DNA from: Zoogloea sp.
GTDB taxonomy: Bacteria; Pseudomonadota; Gammaproteobacteria; Burkholderiales; Rhodocyclaceae
Direction of reading: 5' to 3'
Assembly: GCA_023150095.1 (NCBI GenBank)
Contig: JAKLLO010000017.1
Coordinates: forward strand, 463 to 64,462
DNA length: 64,000 nucleotides
Under the pieces are notes generated by a model. That model worked only from the letters and a program-made list of their open reading frames with translations, had not been told where the DNA came from and did not search any database. Of the stretch, positions 38,633 through 54,715 are shown piece by piece. A program made the translations under genes and the position numbers. Numbering within the stretch: position 1 is the first letter of the stretch; the number at the start of each line of letters is the position of its first letter.

Positions 38633-39498
38633 GCGGCCTCCGCCTGCCGGGCCTGCTGCTGGAGGGCGGCGATGCGCGCCACCTCCGCTCCCAGCTCGGC
38701 CAGCGGCGGAAAGTCGAAATCCCGCTCGAGGCAGGTGGGCAGTGGCCCCACGCGGCGGTAGGTGGCGTCGAGCAGCGCCCACACGTCGCCGATCACCGGC
38801 GCGCCGTGGGTGTCGATCAGCAGACCGTCCGCCTCCTGGTGGTGGCCGGCGATGTGCAGGTAGCACACGCGCTGGAGCGGCAGCGCGTCGAGGAAGGCGA
38901 GCGGGTCGAAGCCGAAGTTGCGGGCATTCACGAAGAGGTTGTTCACGTCCAGATGGAGCAGGCAGTCGGCTTCTTCGAGCACCGCCCGGATGAACTGCGC
39001 CTCGCTCATCTCGGCCCCCGGCGGGGTGAGGTAGCGGGACGCGTTCTCGATGCCGATGCGCATGCCCAGCACCTCCTGGGCCTGGCGGATGCGGGTGGCC
39101 GTCCAGCGCACGGCCTCGGCCGTGAAGGGCAGCGGCAGCAGGTCGTACAGCTGACCGGTGGCATCGCTGCTCCACGACAGATGCTCGGTGTACAGGCCGA
39201 TGCCGTGGGTGCCCATGAAGGCGCGGATGCGCCGGAGCAGATCCACGTCCAGCGGCAGCCCGCCGCCCAGCGAGAGCGACAGCCCGTGGCAGACGAAGGG
39301 ATGGCGCTCGGTGAAGGCCCGCAGCCGGCGGGCGGATTCGCCGCCGACGCCGGCCCAGTTTTCGGGCGCGAGCTCGAAGAAGGCGACCTCATCCGGCACG
39401 CCGGCTTCCAGCTCGGCGAGCAGTTCACGCCGGAACCCCAGGCCGGCGCCCGCAGGCCAGGCGCCGGACGGGGCGCTTATTTCTTGCTGGCGCCGCAC
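38629..39498 (-). CDS. DUF692 multinuclear non-heme iron oxidative enzyme (HvfB/BufB-type); start uncertain
   Basis: GAGLGFRR, ELAPENW, HGLSLSLG, TEHLSW, YDLLPLP, LDVNN, HIAGH, DTHG, ERD; nearest starts are GTG 39498 or ATA 39480. Confidence 0.9.
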   Translation of the reverse strand: MRRQQEISAPSGAWPAGAGLGFRRELLAELEAGVPDEVAFFELAPENWAGVGGESARRLRAFTERHPFVCHGLSLSLGGGLPLDVDLLRRIRAFMGTHGIGLYTEHLSWSSDATGQLYDLLPLPFTAEAVRWTATRIRQAQEVLGMRIGIENASRYLTPPGAEMSEAQFIRAVLEEADCLLHLDVNNLFVNARNFGFDPLAFLDALPLQRVCYLHIAGHHQEADGLLIDTHGAPVIGDVWALLDATYRRVGPLPTCLERDFDFPPLAELGAEVARIAALQQQARQAEAA

Positions 39499-39794
39499 GA
39501 GGCGTCGGCCTTCTTCTTGGCGGCACCGCAGCTGGCGTCGGATTTCTTGCCGCCACAGCTGCCGTCGGCCTTCTTGCCGGCCTTGCGCTCGGCGCCGCAC
39601 TTGGCATCGGCCGCCTTGCCGTCCATGGGCTTGTCCATCATCTTGCCGTCCATCGGCTTGGTGTCGGCCTGGGCCAGCTGGTAGCCGCCCGCCATGGGCG
39701 TGGCGGAGAAGGGGTTGTCGCCGGCCTGGGCGGCGGTGGCGCCAAGCAGCGCGGAAGTGGCCAGCAGGGCGGTGATCGCGGACGTCTTTTTCAT
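39477..39794 (-). CDS. Oxazolin/HvfA-like RiPP precursor (signal peptide plus 4 D-x-[SK]-C-G repeats)
   Basis: MKKTSAITALL.. signal, NPF....GGY, Met-rich KPMDGK x2, DAKCG/DGSCG/DASCG/DASCG. Confidence 0.85.
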   Translation of the reverse strand: MKKTSAITALLATSALLGATAAQAGDNPFSATPMAGGYQLAQADTKPMDGKMMDKPMDGKAADAKCGAERKAGKKADGSCGGKKSDASCGAAKKKADASCGASKK

Positions 39795-39849
39795 GGTGAA
39801 TCTCCTGTCGGGGGTGGGGCTGCCTCGCACAACATGCGCGGGCTGTCGA

Positions 39850-39879
39850 TTAGTCGCTCCGACGCCCGGCTTTCTTACA
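39850..39879 (-). promoter_or_regulatory. ECF-type promoter of the MNIO operon
   Basis: Minus strand TGTAAG-N17-CGACTAA about 55 nt upstream of the precursor ATG. Confidence 0.6.
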
Positions 39880-39897
39880 GGGTAGGCGAAAAAATTT

Positions 39898-41106
39898 TCA
39901 GCCGCGCGGCGAATCCGGCCGGCGCCAGACCAAGCCCACCAGCGCCAGGGCCGCGAAGGCCGCGCCGCACAGGAAGGTCGAGCGGGAGCCGAAGGCATCC
40001 CACAGCCCGCCGGCCACCACGCTGGCCACCAGCAAGGCCAGCCCGCCAGCCAGGTTGAACACCCCGAAGGCCGTGCCACGCAGCTCGGCCGGGGCCGCAT
40101 CGGCCACCAGCGCCGCCAGCAGGCCCTGGGTCATGCCCATGTGCAGCCCCCACAGGGCGACGCCGAGGGCCAGCCCGGGCAGGCCATCGACCAGCGCCAG
40201 CGCCAGATCGGCCGCCACCAGCATCGCAAAGCCCAAGCCCAGCAGGCTGCCCCAATGCATCCGGTCGGCCAGCACGCCCACCGGGTAGGACGACAGGGAA
40301 TACACCACGTTCATCACCACCAGCACCGCCGGAATCCACGCCAGCGCCACGCCCAGCTCCTGGGCCCGCAGCACCAGGAAGGCCTCGCTGAAGCGCGCCA
40401 CGGTGAACACCGCCGAAATCCCCACCACCCACCAGTAGGCCGCCGGCAGCCGGGCCAGCTCGGCGCGGGACAGCGGCGACCGCACCCGCGCCGCGCCCGG
40501 CCGGGGCACGTCGTGCACCGCCAGGCTGATCAGCGCGAAGGCCCCGAAGGCCGGCAGCACCGCCACCCAGAACACCAGCCGGATGTCGCCGCCGGTGAGC
40601 GCCATCAGCCCGATGGCCACGAGCGGCCCGAGGAACGCCCCGGTGGTGTCGAGGGACTGGCGCAGCCCGAAGGCCGCACCGCGCAGGCCCGGCGGGGCCA
40701 GATCGGCGATCAGGGCGTCCCGCGGCGCACCGCGGATGCCCTTGCCGATGCGGTCCACGAAGCGCGCCACAACCACCCAGCCCACCGTGTCGGCCAGCGG
40801 AAACACGGGCTTGGTGAAGGCCGCCAGCCCGTAGCCGAAGGCCGCCAGCAGCTTGCGCCGGCCCAGCCAGTCGGACAGCGCGCCGGAGAACACCTTGGTG
40901 ATCGCCGCGGTGGCCTCGGCGATGCCCTCGATCATCCCCACCGCCAGCGTCGAGGCCCCGAGCGCGCCCACCAGATAGACGGGCAGCAGCGCGTGGATCA
41001 TCTCGGACGAGATGTCCATCAGCATCGACACCAGCCCCAGCGCCCAGATGCCCGCCGGCAGGCGGGGACGGACAGCGGTTTGCGGGGAGGAACCTGAAGG
41101 CGTCAT
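39898..41106 (-). CDS. MFS transporter
   Basis: DISSEMIH, GALSDWLGRRK motif A, GKGIRGAPRDALIAD. Confidence 0.9.
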   Translation of the reverse strand: MTPSGSSPQTAVRPRLPAGIWALGLVSMLMDISSEMIHALLPVYLVGALGASTLAVGMIEGIAEATAAITKVFSGALSDWLGRRKLLAAFGYGLAAFTKPVFPLADTVGWVVVARFVDRIGKGIRGAPRDALIADLAPPGLRGAAFGLRQSLDTTGAFLGPLVAIGLMALTGGDIRLVFWVAVLPAFGAFALISLAVHDVPRPGAARVRSPLSRAELARLPAAYWWVVGISAVFTVARFSEAFLVLRAQELGVALAWIPAVLVVMNVVYSLSSYPVGVLADRMHWGSLLGLGFAMLVAADLALALVDGLPGLALGVALWGLHMGMTQGLLAALVADAAPAELRGTAFGVFNLAGGLALLVASVVAGGLWDAFGSRSTFLCGAAFAALALVGLVWRRPDSPRG

Positions 41107-41242
41107 GAGGGGGCACTCCGGCGTGCGTAGAAATATTCTCGAGATTTTTTCGCCCACGGGGGCAAACACGGCAGACCTCGGGTTATCCTTGGCCTTTCGC
41201 CCGCCGAGGGCAGAAGCATGACATGCCAGGAGAACACAGAAC

Positions 41243-41686
41243 ATGACCGATCAACAGGGTTTGCCGTGGACCGATGCCTTCCTGCTCGGGTTCGAGGCCA
41301 TGGACGAGACGCACCGGGAGTTCGTCGCCGTCGTCGACCGGCTGCTGACCTGCCCCGATGACGAACTCGCCGCAGCGATGCGCGCGTTCATCGTCCATGC
41401 CGAAGCCCACTTCGGGCAGGAGAAGGCGTGGATGGAAGAAACCGACTTCCCGCCGCGGGAATGCCACATCGACGACCACAACGCGGTGATGGAATCCGCC
41501 TATCAGGTGGAGGACCTGGTGCGTACCGGCGATGTGGCCGTGGGCCGCGAGTTTGCCACCGAGCTGGGCCGGTGGTTTCCCAGCCACGCGGATTATCTTG
41601 ATTCGGCCCTGGCCCAGTGGATGGCCAAGAAGAAGCTCGGCGGCGTGCCGGTCGTCCTGCGCCGCAACCTGCCGATCGACCGCTGA
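41243..41686 (+). CDS. Single-domain hemerythrin
   Basis: DETH, HFGQE, HIDDH, HADYLD di-iron ligand pattern. Confidence 0.88.
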   Translation: MTDQQGLPWTDAFLLGFEAMDETHREFVAVVDRLLTCPDDELAAAMRAFIVHAEAHFGQEKAWMEETDFPPRECHIDDHNAVMESAYQVEDLVRTGDVAVGREFATELGRWFPSHADYLDSALAQWMAKKKLGGVPVVLRRNLPIDR

Positions 41687-41698
41687 CCCTCGCCCGAC

Positions 41699-42817
41699 TT
41701 ACCGGGAGAGGGTTTCGTCCAGTTTCTGGTAGGCGCCGTCGCGGATCTCGGTGAAGAACACCTTGCGCTGGGTGTCGCCGTTGGCGTCGAAGACGATCCG
41801 CTGCTGCAGCCCCTGATAAGGCCCGTTGCGCAGCACCGCTGCCTTCACGCTCTCAGTGCCGGAGCGCTTGGAGAGCGCCTCGAACAGCACCATCGCCGCG
41901 TCGTAGGCCGACACCGAGCTGTAACCCGGGTTTTTCTGGAAGCGCTTGAAATACGCCTCGCGGAATTCGCTGAAGCGCGGGGAGTCGTCGTCGCGGTCGT
42001 AGTTCTGAACGATCAGCAGGCCTTCGACAACCTTTCCGCCAAGCTCGATCAATTGCTCGGAGGCGGCCCACTCGGATGCGCCCATGGGCAGCTCCGGCGC
42101 CTGACGCCGGGCCTGCTGGGCGAGACGCGCCACATCGATGGCACCCGCCACGAAGAACAGGCTGTCGGGCCGCTTCTTCAGCATCGCCCCGACCACCCCG
42201 CCAAAATCGGTGTCGGCAGTCGATTCGTAGGCCACCTCGGCCACCAGCTGCCCGCCCTCCTCCGCAAAGGCCTGGCGGAACTCGTTGAGCCACGACAGCG
42301 TGAAGGAGCGGTTGCGCTCGTCGTAGGCCACCGCCACCTTGCGCTCACCGCGGTGGAACATCACGCGGGCGTAATCCCGGGCGTTGTCGCGGGTGCTACG
42401 GTTGATCCGCACCAGATTGTCGTCCTTGCCGTAGAAATCCATCGAGGTGAGCGTCGGGCTGATCGCCAGCGTTTCGGTGCTCGCCAGCAGCGGGACGACC
42501 ACCGCCGCCATGCCGCTGGTGAAGGGGCCGATCACCGCCTCCACCCTGGCGTTCGCCAGCTCGGTCGCGGCCTTCGCTGCCGTCTCGCGGCTCTGGGCGT
42601 CATCGCGGGCGACCAGCTCGATCTTGCGGCCCTTCACACCGCCGGCACGGTTGATCTGCTCGACCGCCAGCACCACCCCGTTATAGCCCGATTGACCCAC
42701 GTCCGAATTCTGATCGGACAGGCCGCCGATGAACCCGACACGCAGCGGCGCGTCCGGCCCGCATCCGGAAAGCAGCAACCCGACCGCCGCAATCAGCACA
42801 CACCTCAGCAACGCCAT
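41699..42817 (-). CDS. LivJ-like periplasmic ligand-binding lipoprotein (no transporter partners)
   Basis: Lipobox LSGC, AVEQINRAGGVKGRKIEL, VIGPFTS, YDAA, FDANGD. Confidence 0.85.
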   Translation of the reverse strand: MALLRCVLIAAVGLLLSGCGPDAPLRVGFIGGLSDQNSDVGQSGYNGVVLAVEQINRAGGVKGRKIELVARDDAQSRETAAKAATELANARVEAVIGPFTSGMAAVVVPLLASTETLAISPTLTSMDFYGKDDNLVRINRSTRDNARDYARVMFHRGERKVAVAYDERNRSFTLSWLNEFRQAFAEEGGQLVAEVAYESTADTDFGGVVGAMLKKRPDSLFFVAGAIDVARLAQQARRQAPELPMGASEWAASEQLIELGGKVVEGLLIVQNYDRDDDSPRFSEFREAYFKRFQKNPGYSSVSAYDAAMVLFEALSKRSGTESVKAAVLRNGPYQGLQQRIVFDANGDTQRKVFFTEIRDGAYQKLDETLSR

Positions 42818-43249
42818 ACCAACCTCTCTGCACTCGCGCCCCATGCGCAACGATACCCGCATAAATTTCCGAAGAATATGCCATAGGGAAAATCTGTTCT
42901 TCAACAAAGATTTCCGCGGCCTGCGATGAAGGCCGAAGTCCCGGAATGAAGCGCAATCCAGGCCGAAATCCACTCCTCGCCATCACTATCGAAAAAACAA
43001 CAAAACCGATCATGTTTTTTCATATTCTTGCGATAATACCAAAATTGAGGTTTTTAACGAGTTCATACATCACGACGGACCGTCCTCTCCTCATGCTCAA
43101 GTCAGCCCCGGACGCGCCGTCTACAATGGACGCGCGTACCGGTTCCCTGTGGGATGGACGCCCCAACTGCCCGCCGGCCCATTCCAGGCCGTGCTTGCCA
43201 TCCCAGACACCGAGCCCCATCGAACCAGGCCGTCGAACGGATCAACACA

Positions 43250-49823
<6,574 letters not shown>

Positions 49824-49912
49824 GGATGGCGACCTTCAGTGAGGCGGGCGGGATCCACCCGCACCCGCTCGCACCGCCTCGGAACGGCAGACGGACGCGA
49901 TCGAAGGCGGGA

Positions 49913-51097
49913 TCATCGCTCCCCCTCCACGCCCTCCGGCAGGGGGTCGGCGAGGCGCACCGCGATGTCGGCAAAGGCGTCGCGACAATCCATGAAGGCA
50001 TCCACCACGTCCGGGTCGAAATGCCGGCCACGGCCTTCGCGGATGATCCGGGTGGTCTCCTCGAGGCTGAACGGGGGCTTGTAGACCCGCCGGGTCATCA
50101 GCGCGTCGAACACGTCGGCCAGGGCCATCAGGCGGGCCGATACCGGGATGTCGTCACCGGCGAGGCGCTGCGGATAGCCGCTGCCATCCCACTTCTCGTG
50201 GTGGCCGAGGGCGATCTCCCGCGCCACGCCGAGGAACAGGAAGGCCCGCGAGGCGCTCTCGGCGGCATCTGCGCCGGCGCTGGCCGAGGCCTGCGCCATC
50301 GCCTTGCCGATGGCGTCGGCGCCGATGGTGGCGTGGTGCTTCATGATCTCGAATTCTTCGTCGGTCAGCTTGCCCGGCTTGAGCAGGATGCCGTCGGGGA
50401 TGCCAACCTTGCCCAAGTCGTGCAGCGGCGCCGCCTTGACGATCATGCCCAGCCGGTCGCCGGCCAGCGCGTCGCGGAAGCGGTCGTGGTCGGCCAGCCG
50501 GTTGGCCAGCAGCTCCACGTAGGTCTGGGTGCGCACGATGTGCAGGCCGGTCTCGTTGTCGCGGGCCTCGGAAAGGCAGGCCAGGGCGCGCACGCTGAGG
50601 TCCTGGATCAGCAGGTTCTCGCGCATCCGCCGGGCGACTTCGCCTTCGAGCCACTGGTTCTCGACGGCCAGCCGGTCGCGGGCCTGCTTGAGCTCCAGGT
50701 GGGTGCGCACCCGCGCCAGCACGATGGCCGGGTTGATCGGCTTGGTGATGTAATCGACGGCGCCCAGCTCGAGCCCGTGCTCCTCGCTCTCGACGCCGTG
50801 CATGGCGGTCACGAAGATCACGGGGATGTTGCGGGTCGAGGGGTCGGCACGCAGGCGCTCCATCACGGCGTAGCCGTCCATGTCCGGCATCATCACGTCG
50901 AGCAGGATCAGGTCGGGGCGGGGCTGGAGGCCGGCGGCCCGCAGGGCGCGCTCGCCGGAGTTGGCCGCGCGGACGCGGTAATAGGGCTGGAGGAGCTCGC
51001 CGAGGATGGTCAGGTTCTGAGGCGTGTCGTCCACGATCAGGATCGTCTGGCCCGGCTTGTTATCGGCGTGTTGTAGGGAGCTGCCGTTGCTGATCAT
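49913..51097 (-). CDS. REC + HD-GYP c-di-GMP phosphodiesterase (RpfG-like)
   Basis: ILIVDD, LLDVMMP, LHDLGK, HHEKWDGSGYP, RRVYK. Confidence 0.92.
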   Translation of the reverse strand: MISNGSSLQHADNKPGQTILIVDDTPQNLTILGELLQPYYRVRAANSGERALRAAGLQPRPDLILLDVMMPDMDGYAVMERLRADPSTRNIPVIFVTAMHGVESEEHGLELGAVDYITKPINPAIVLARVRTHLELKQARDRLAVENQWLEGEVARRMRENLLIQDLSVRALACLSEARDNETGLHIVRTQTYVELLANRLADHDRFRDALAGDRLGMIVKAAPLHDLGKVGIPDGILLKPGKLTDEEFEIMKHHATIGADAIGKAMAQASASAGADAAESASRAFLFLGVAREIALGHHEKWDGSGYPQRLAGDDIPVSARLMALADVFDALMTRRVYKPPFSLEETTRIIREGRGRHFDPDVVDAFMDCRDAFADIAVRLADPLPEGVEGER

Positions 51098-51253
51098 GAC
51101 CTGCCTCGGTTTTGAATGCGGGGGTTCGACCACGCCCCTGAAACCGGGCGAGCGGTGCAAACGGACGCACCCAGGTCGCGGACGTGGCACAGCGTACCAC
51201 CGCTCCCATTATCGGCAGCATGCTCCGCGGCTTTAACCGAACGTCACACTCCG

Positions 51254-51670
51254 TCAGGCGGCGAGCTTCCTGCGCAGCAGGCCCATCAGCACCTTGATCC
51301 CGGGCAGCTTGCTGTAAAGCTCGCCGGCCGCATCCCAGTAATCCCGGTGGAAGTTCACCCGGCCGTCGTCGTCGAACTTGAGGTGCGACACGCCGCGGAT
51401 CACCTCGTCCGGCCCGCTGCGCCGGAAGCGGAAGTGGAAGGCCCACACCAGCACCGCCCCTTCGGCGTCGGCCACCTTTTCGAGCACCACGAAGCGTGGC
51501 CGATCCACCTGCCGGAACATGTGCCGGAAGATGCGCTGGATCGCCGGCACGCCGCGCACGTCGTTGAAAGGGTCGGTGAAGGTGGCGTCCTCGGCGTAGA
51601 AGGCCGGCATGCGGGCAATGCTGTCCTCGGTGAGGCTCTCGTAGAAGGCGATCAGGGCGTTCAGACTCAT
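51254..51670 (-). CDS. SnoaL/NTF2-like protein
   Basis: FYAEDATFTDPFNDVRG, HRDYWDAAGELY. Confidence 0.88.
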   Translation of the reverse strand: MSLNALIAFYESLTEDSIARMPAFYAEDATFTDPFNDVRGVPAIQRIFRHMFRQVDRPRFVVLEKVADAEGAVLVWAFHFRFRRSGPDEVIRGVSHLKFDDDGRVNFHRDYWDAAGELYSKLPGIKVLMGLLRRKLAA

Positions 51671-51671
51671 C

Positions 51672-52433
51672 TCAGGCTCCGGTCCGCCGGCGCACCAGCG
51701 GGAAATACCAGCGGTAAGGCAGCGCCGCCAGCAGCTTCATGATGCGGGTAAAGCGTTTCGGGAAATCGACCTCGAAGCGCCCCGTGGCGAAGCCCGCCAC
51801 CAGTTCGGTCGCGGCCTCGTCGGGGCTCATCAGCGCGGGCATCGCAAAGTCGTTACGGGCGGTGAGGCGGGTGGCCACAAAGCCCGGATTGACAACCCAC
51901 ACGCCGACGTCCTTCGACGCCAGATCAAAATGCAGGCATTCGGCAAAGTGGATCAGCGCCGCCTTGCCCGGCCCGTAGCACAGCGCCCGGGGCAGGCCGC
52001 GATAGCCGGCGACGCTGGCCACGAAGGCGATCCCGCCGCCGGGCTGCAGATCGCCCAGCACGCACGCCGCGAGGCGCATCGCCCCGCCAAAGTTGATCGC
52101 CACCACCCGCTCGGCCACCGCCAGATCAAAGTTGTCGGCGCTCATCGGCACGTAGTCGCCGGCCAGGTAGATCACCAGGTCCACGCCCTGCCATTCGGCG
52201 ACGATGCGGTCCCGGGCGGCCGCCAGGGCCGCGGCGTCGGTGGCGTCGCAGGGCAGGATCAGCGCGTCGGCGTCACCCAGGTCTAGCCCAGCCAGCCGGT
52301 CGGCGCTGCGGGCGGTCAGCGCGAGCCGCGCGCCCAGCCGGGCCAGATGCTGCGCCAGCGCCGCGCCGATGCCGCTGGAGGCGCCCACCAGCCACACCCG
52401 GCGGCCGCGCCAGTCGGTGATCTTCGGGTTCAT
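51672..52433 (-). CDS. SDR family oxidoreductase
   Basis: VWLVGASSGIG, SVAGYRGLP, YGPGK, NPGFVATRLT. Confidence 0.88.
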   Translation of the reverse strand: MNPKITDWRGRRVWLVGASSGIGAALAQHLARLGARLALTARSADRLAGLDLGDADALILPCDATDAAALAAARDRIVAEWQGVDLVIYLAGDYVPMSADNFDLAVAERVVAINFGGAMRLAACVLGDLQPGGGIAFVASVAGYRGLPRALCYGPGKAALIHFAECLHFDLASKDVGVWVVNPGFVATRLTARNDFAMPALMSPDEAATELVAGFATGRFEVDFPKRFTRIMKLLAALPYRWYFPLVRRRTGA

Positions 52434-52960
52434 GGGGCGGGCCGGCGGACGAAGGTGAGGGTCACCTCGCCCAGCCGGAAGCCCCACTTCGACATGTAGG
52501 AGCGGTTCATCATCACCTGCCCGTCCATCAGGAACATCCAGTCGTCGAAATCCACGTGATAGGTTCGCCCATCCACCGGCAGGGCCAGCACGTAGCGCCA
52601 GCGCAGGGCGTTGCCGGCCAGTTCGCCGGTGGCCTCGCCGATCACGTCGTCGGCGCGGCCCCGGTAGCTGCCGTCGGGCTGGCGGGTGAGGGTCCACACG
52701 CGGCGCGAGGTGCTGCCGTCAGACCACTCGAAGTGCTCGTCGAGCACACCGGTGTCGCCGTCCCAGCGGGCTTCGAGCACCACGTGGAAGCGCTTCTTCA
52801 CCTCGCCGGAGCGGCCCTGGAACATGCCCCAGCCATCGACGGTGCCGTTGAGGTAGGTGCGCAGATCGAGCACCGGGGTTTCGGCCTTGTACTGTTCGAC
52901 GCCGGGCGAGGCGCAGGCGGTGAGGCCGAGGCACAGGGCCGCGGCGAGCAGGGTTTTCAT
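52430..52960 (-). CDS. DUF3833 family lipoprotein
   Basis: Lipobox LTAC, LDEHFEWSDG...RVW, FDDWMFL. Confidence 0.85.
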   Translation of the reverse strand: MKTLLAAALCLGLTACASPGVEQYKAETPVLDLRTYLNGTVDGWGMFQGRSGEVKKRFHVVLEARWDGDTGVLDEHFEWSDGSTSRRVWTLTRQPDGSYRGRADDVIGEATGELAGNALRWRYVLALPVDGRTYHVDFDDWMFLMDGQVMMNRSYMSKWGFRLGEVTLTFVRRPAP

Positions 52961-54183
52961 GATGTGATCTCCAGCAGGTGGCGCCAGCGCCACAGGAGCA
53001 CCGCCGCCACCGCCTTGAAGGCCAGCGGCAGCAGCGCGTAGGTGAAGCTGAGGGCGGGCAGCCCGGAGCCGCTGCCCGGTTGATAGCCCAGCCATGCCAG
53101 CAGCGGCAGGGCCAGGCCGGCGGCGAGGGCCAGGTTGAGTTTGGCGGCGAGGTTCCACACCCCGAAGCAGGCGCCGGGCCGCCCCTGGCGTTCGCCCAGG
53201 TCGGCGGCGATGGCGGCGGGCAGCGCCAGATCGGCCCCGAGGGCCAGCCCGGACGCCACGCACACCAGCGCAAAGGCTGCCACCTCGCCAGGCCCGAGCA
53301 GCGCCGCCCAGCCGAAGGCCAGCATCGCCAGCCCCATCGCCGCCAGCCACGCCCGCACCCGGCCGTGCCGCGCGGCGAGCCTCACCCACAGGGGCAGCGA
53401 CGCCCCGCCGGCCAGAAAGTAAGCCACCAGCAGCGGCCCGCCGGCGGCGTCGGCCTGCAGCACGTCGGCCACGAAGAACGGGAACAGGGTGGCCGGCAGC
53501 GCCGCAGCCAGGCCGTTGGCGACGAACACCGCCAGCAGGCGCCGGAAGGCCGGATCGCCCAGCGCGCCGCGCAGGCTGGCCCCGACCGGCTCGGCCAGCG
53601 CGGTGACGCGCCCCGCCGCCGGCCCGACGCCCACCAGCGTCGTCACCGCGGCCACCAGCAGCAGGGGCGGCAGCACCCAGCCGAGCCGCCCGAGGCCGAC
53701 GTTGTGGTCGGCCGCCAGCAGCCCGGGCAGGGCCGCGGCGAGCACCACGCCGGCAAGGCCGAAGCCCTCCCGGGCGGCGGTGAAGCGGGTGCGCTCGGCC
53801 GAATCTGGCGCGATGTCGGCACCCCAGGCCTGATAGGCCACGGTGGCCGCCGAGAAGCCCAGGTAGGTGAGCGCCAGCGCCCCCAGCAGCCAGCCGGCGG
53901 CGTGGCTGGCGGGCGGATTGACGAGGGCCGCGAAGCCGGCGGCAAAGGGCAGCAGCGCGATGGCGAGCATCCCGCGCCGGGGCAGGCGGTCGGCGAGCCA
54001 GCCCAGCCACGGGTCGATGCCGGCGTCGAGGAGCCGTGCGCCGAGCAGGATCGCCCCCAGCAGCGCCAGCGGCAGCCCGGCGGCTTCGGCGTACAGGCGC
54101 GGCACATGCACGTAAACCGGCAGCGCGGCAAAGGCCAGCGGCAGGCCCAGCAGGCCGTAGGCAAGGGCGCGACGGGCGGGCAT
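52957..54183 (-). CDS. MFS (GPH/MelB-like) transporter
   Basis: PLAFAALPVYV, DAGIDPWLGWLAD, about 12 TM. Confidence 0.85.
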   Translation of the reverse strand: MPARRALAYGLLGLPLAFAALPVYVHVPRLYAEAAGLPLALLGAILLGARLLDAGIDPWLGWLADRLPRRGMLAIALLPFAAGFAALVNPPASHAAGWLLGALALTYLGFSAATVAYQAWGADIAPDSAERTRFTAAREGFGLAGVVLAAALPGLLAADHNVGLGRLGWVLPPLLLVAAVTTLVGVGPAAGRVTALAEPVGASLRGALGDPAFRRLLAVFVANGLAAALPATLFPFFVADVLQADAAGGPLLVAYFLAGGASLPLWVRLAARHGRVRAWLAAMGLAMLAFGWAALLGPGEVAAFALVCVASGLALGADLALPAAIAADLGERQGRPGACFGVWNLAAKLNLALAAGLALPLLAWLGYQPGSGSGLPALSFTYALLPLAFKAVAAVLLWRWRHLLEITS

Positions 54184-54184
54184 C

Positions 54185-54715
54185 TCAGCCTTCCGGCCGA
54201 CGCAGCAGGGCGGCGCGCAGATCCGGGGCGCTGGTGCGCGGGTCTAGCCAGATGCCGAAGAAGCGGCGGGCGAAATCCGGCTCCGGGATCGCGCCCAGCA
54301 GCCGGCCGTTGAACAGGAAGCTCGCGCCTTCCGGCCGATACACGCCGACGATGTGGTCGCCGGGCTTCACGTCCGGGAAGAGCCGAGCCATCTCGGCGCC
54401 CCAGCGGCGCAGCTGGGCTTCGTCGGCGCCGAGCGCGCGCATTTCCTTCACGCTGGCCTCGGCGATGGCGCTGCCGGCGATGCTGAGCCGGTAATCCAGC
54501 CGCAGGGCCAGCGGCGGGCGAAGCGGATCGTCACCGCCCCACAGGGTGGCCTCATAGACCAGGAAGCCGAAACGCCGGAACTCGCCCTGCCCCCAGCGGC
54601 GCAGCCCGCGGGTGGGGTCGACCAGCGTGGCGGCACCTGCCGGCAGCCACGGCCAGATGGCCAGCGCCAGCAGCAGCCGGCGCCTAGCGGTGGGCAAGCT
54701 CGAACTGGACGACAT
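54185..54715 (-). CDS. Chalcone isomerase-like protein
   Basis: GQGEFRRFGFLVYEATLW, FPDVKPGD, FFGIWLDPRTSAPDLRAALL. Confidence 0.85.
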   Translation of the reverse strand: MSSSSSLPTARRRLLLALAIWPWLPAGAATLVDPTRGLRRWGQGEFRRFGFLVYEATLWGGDDPLRPPLALRLDYRLSIAGSAIAEASVKEMRALGADEAQLRRWGAEMARLFPDVKPGDHIVGVYRPEGASFLFNGRLLGAIPEPDFARRFFGIWLDPRTSAPDLRAALLRRPEG

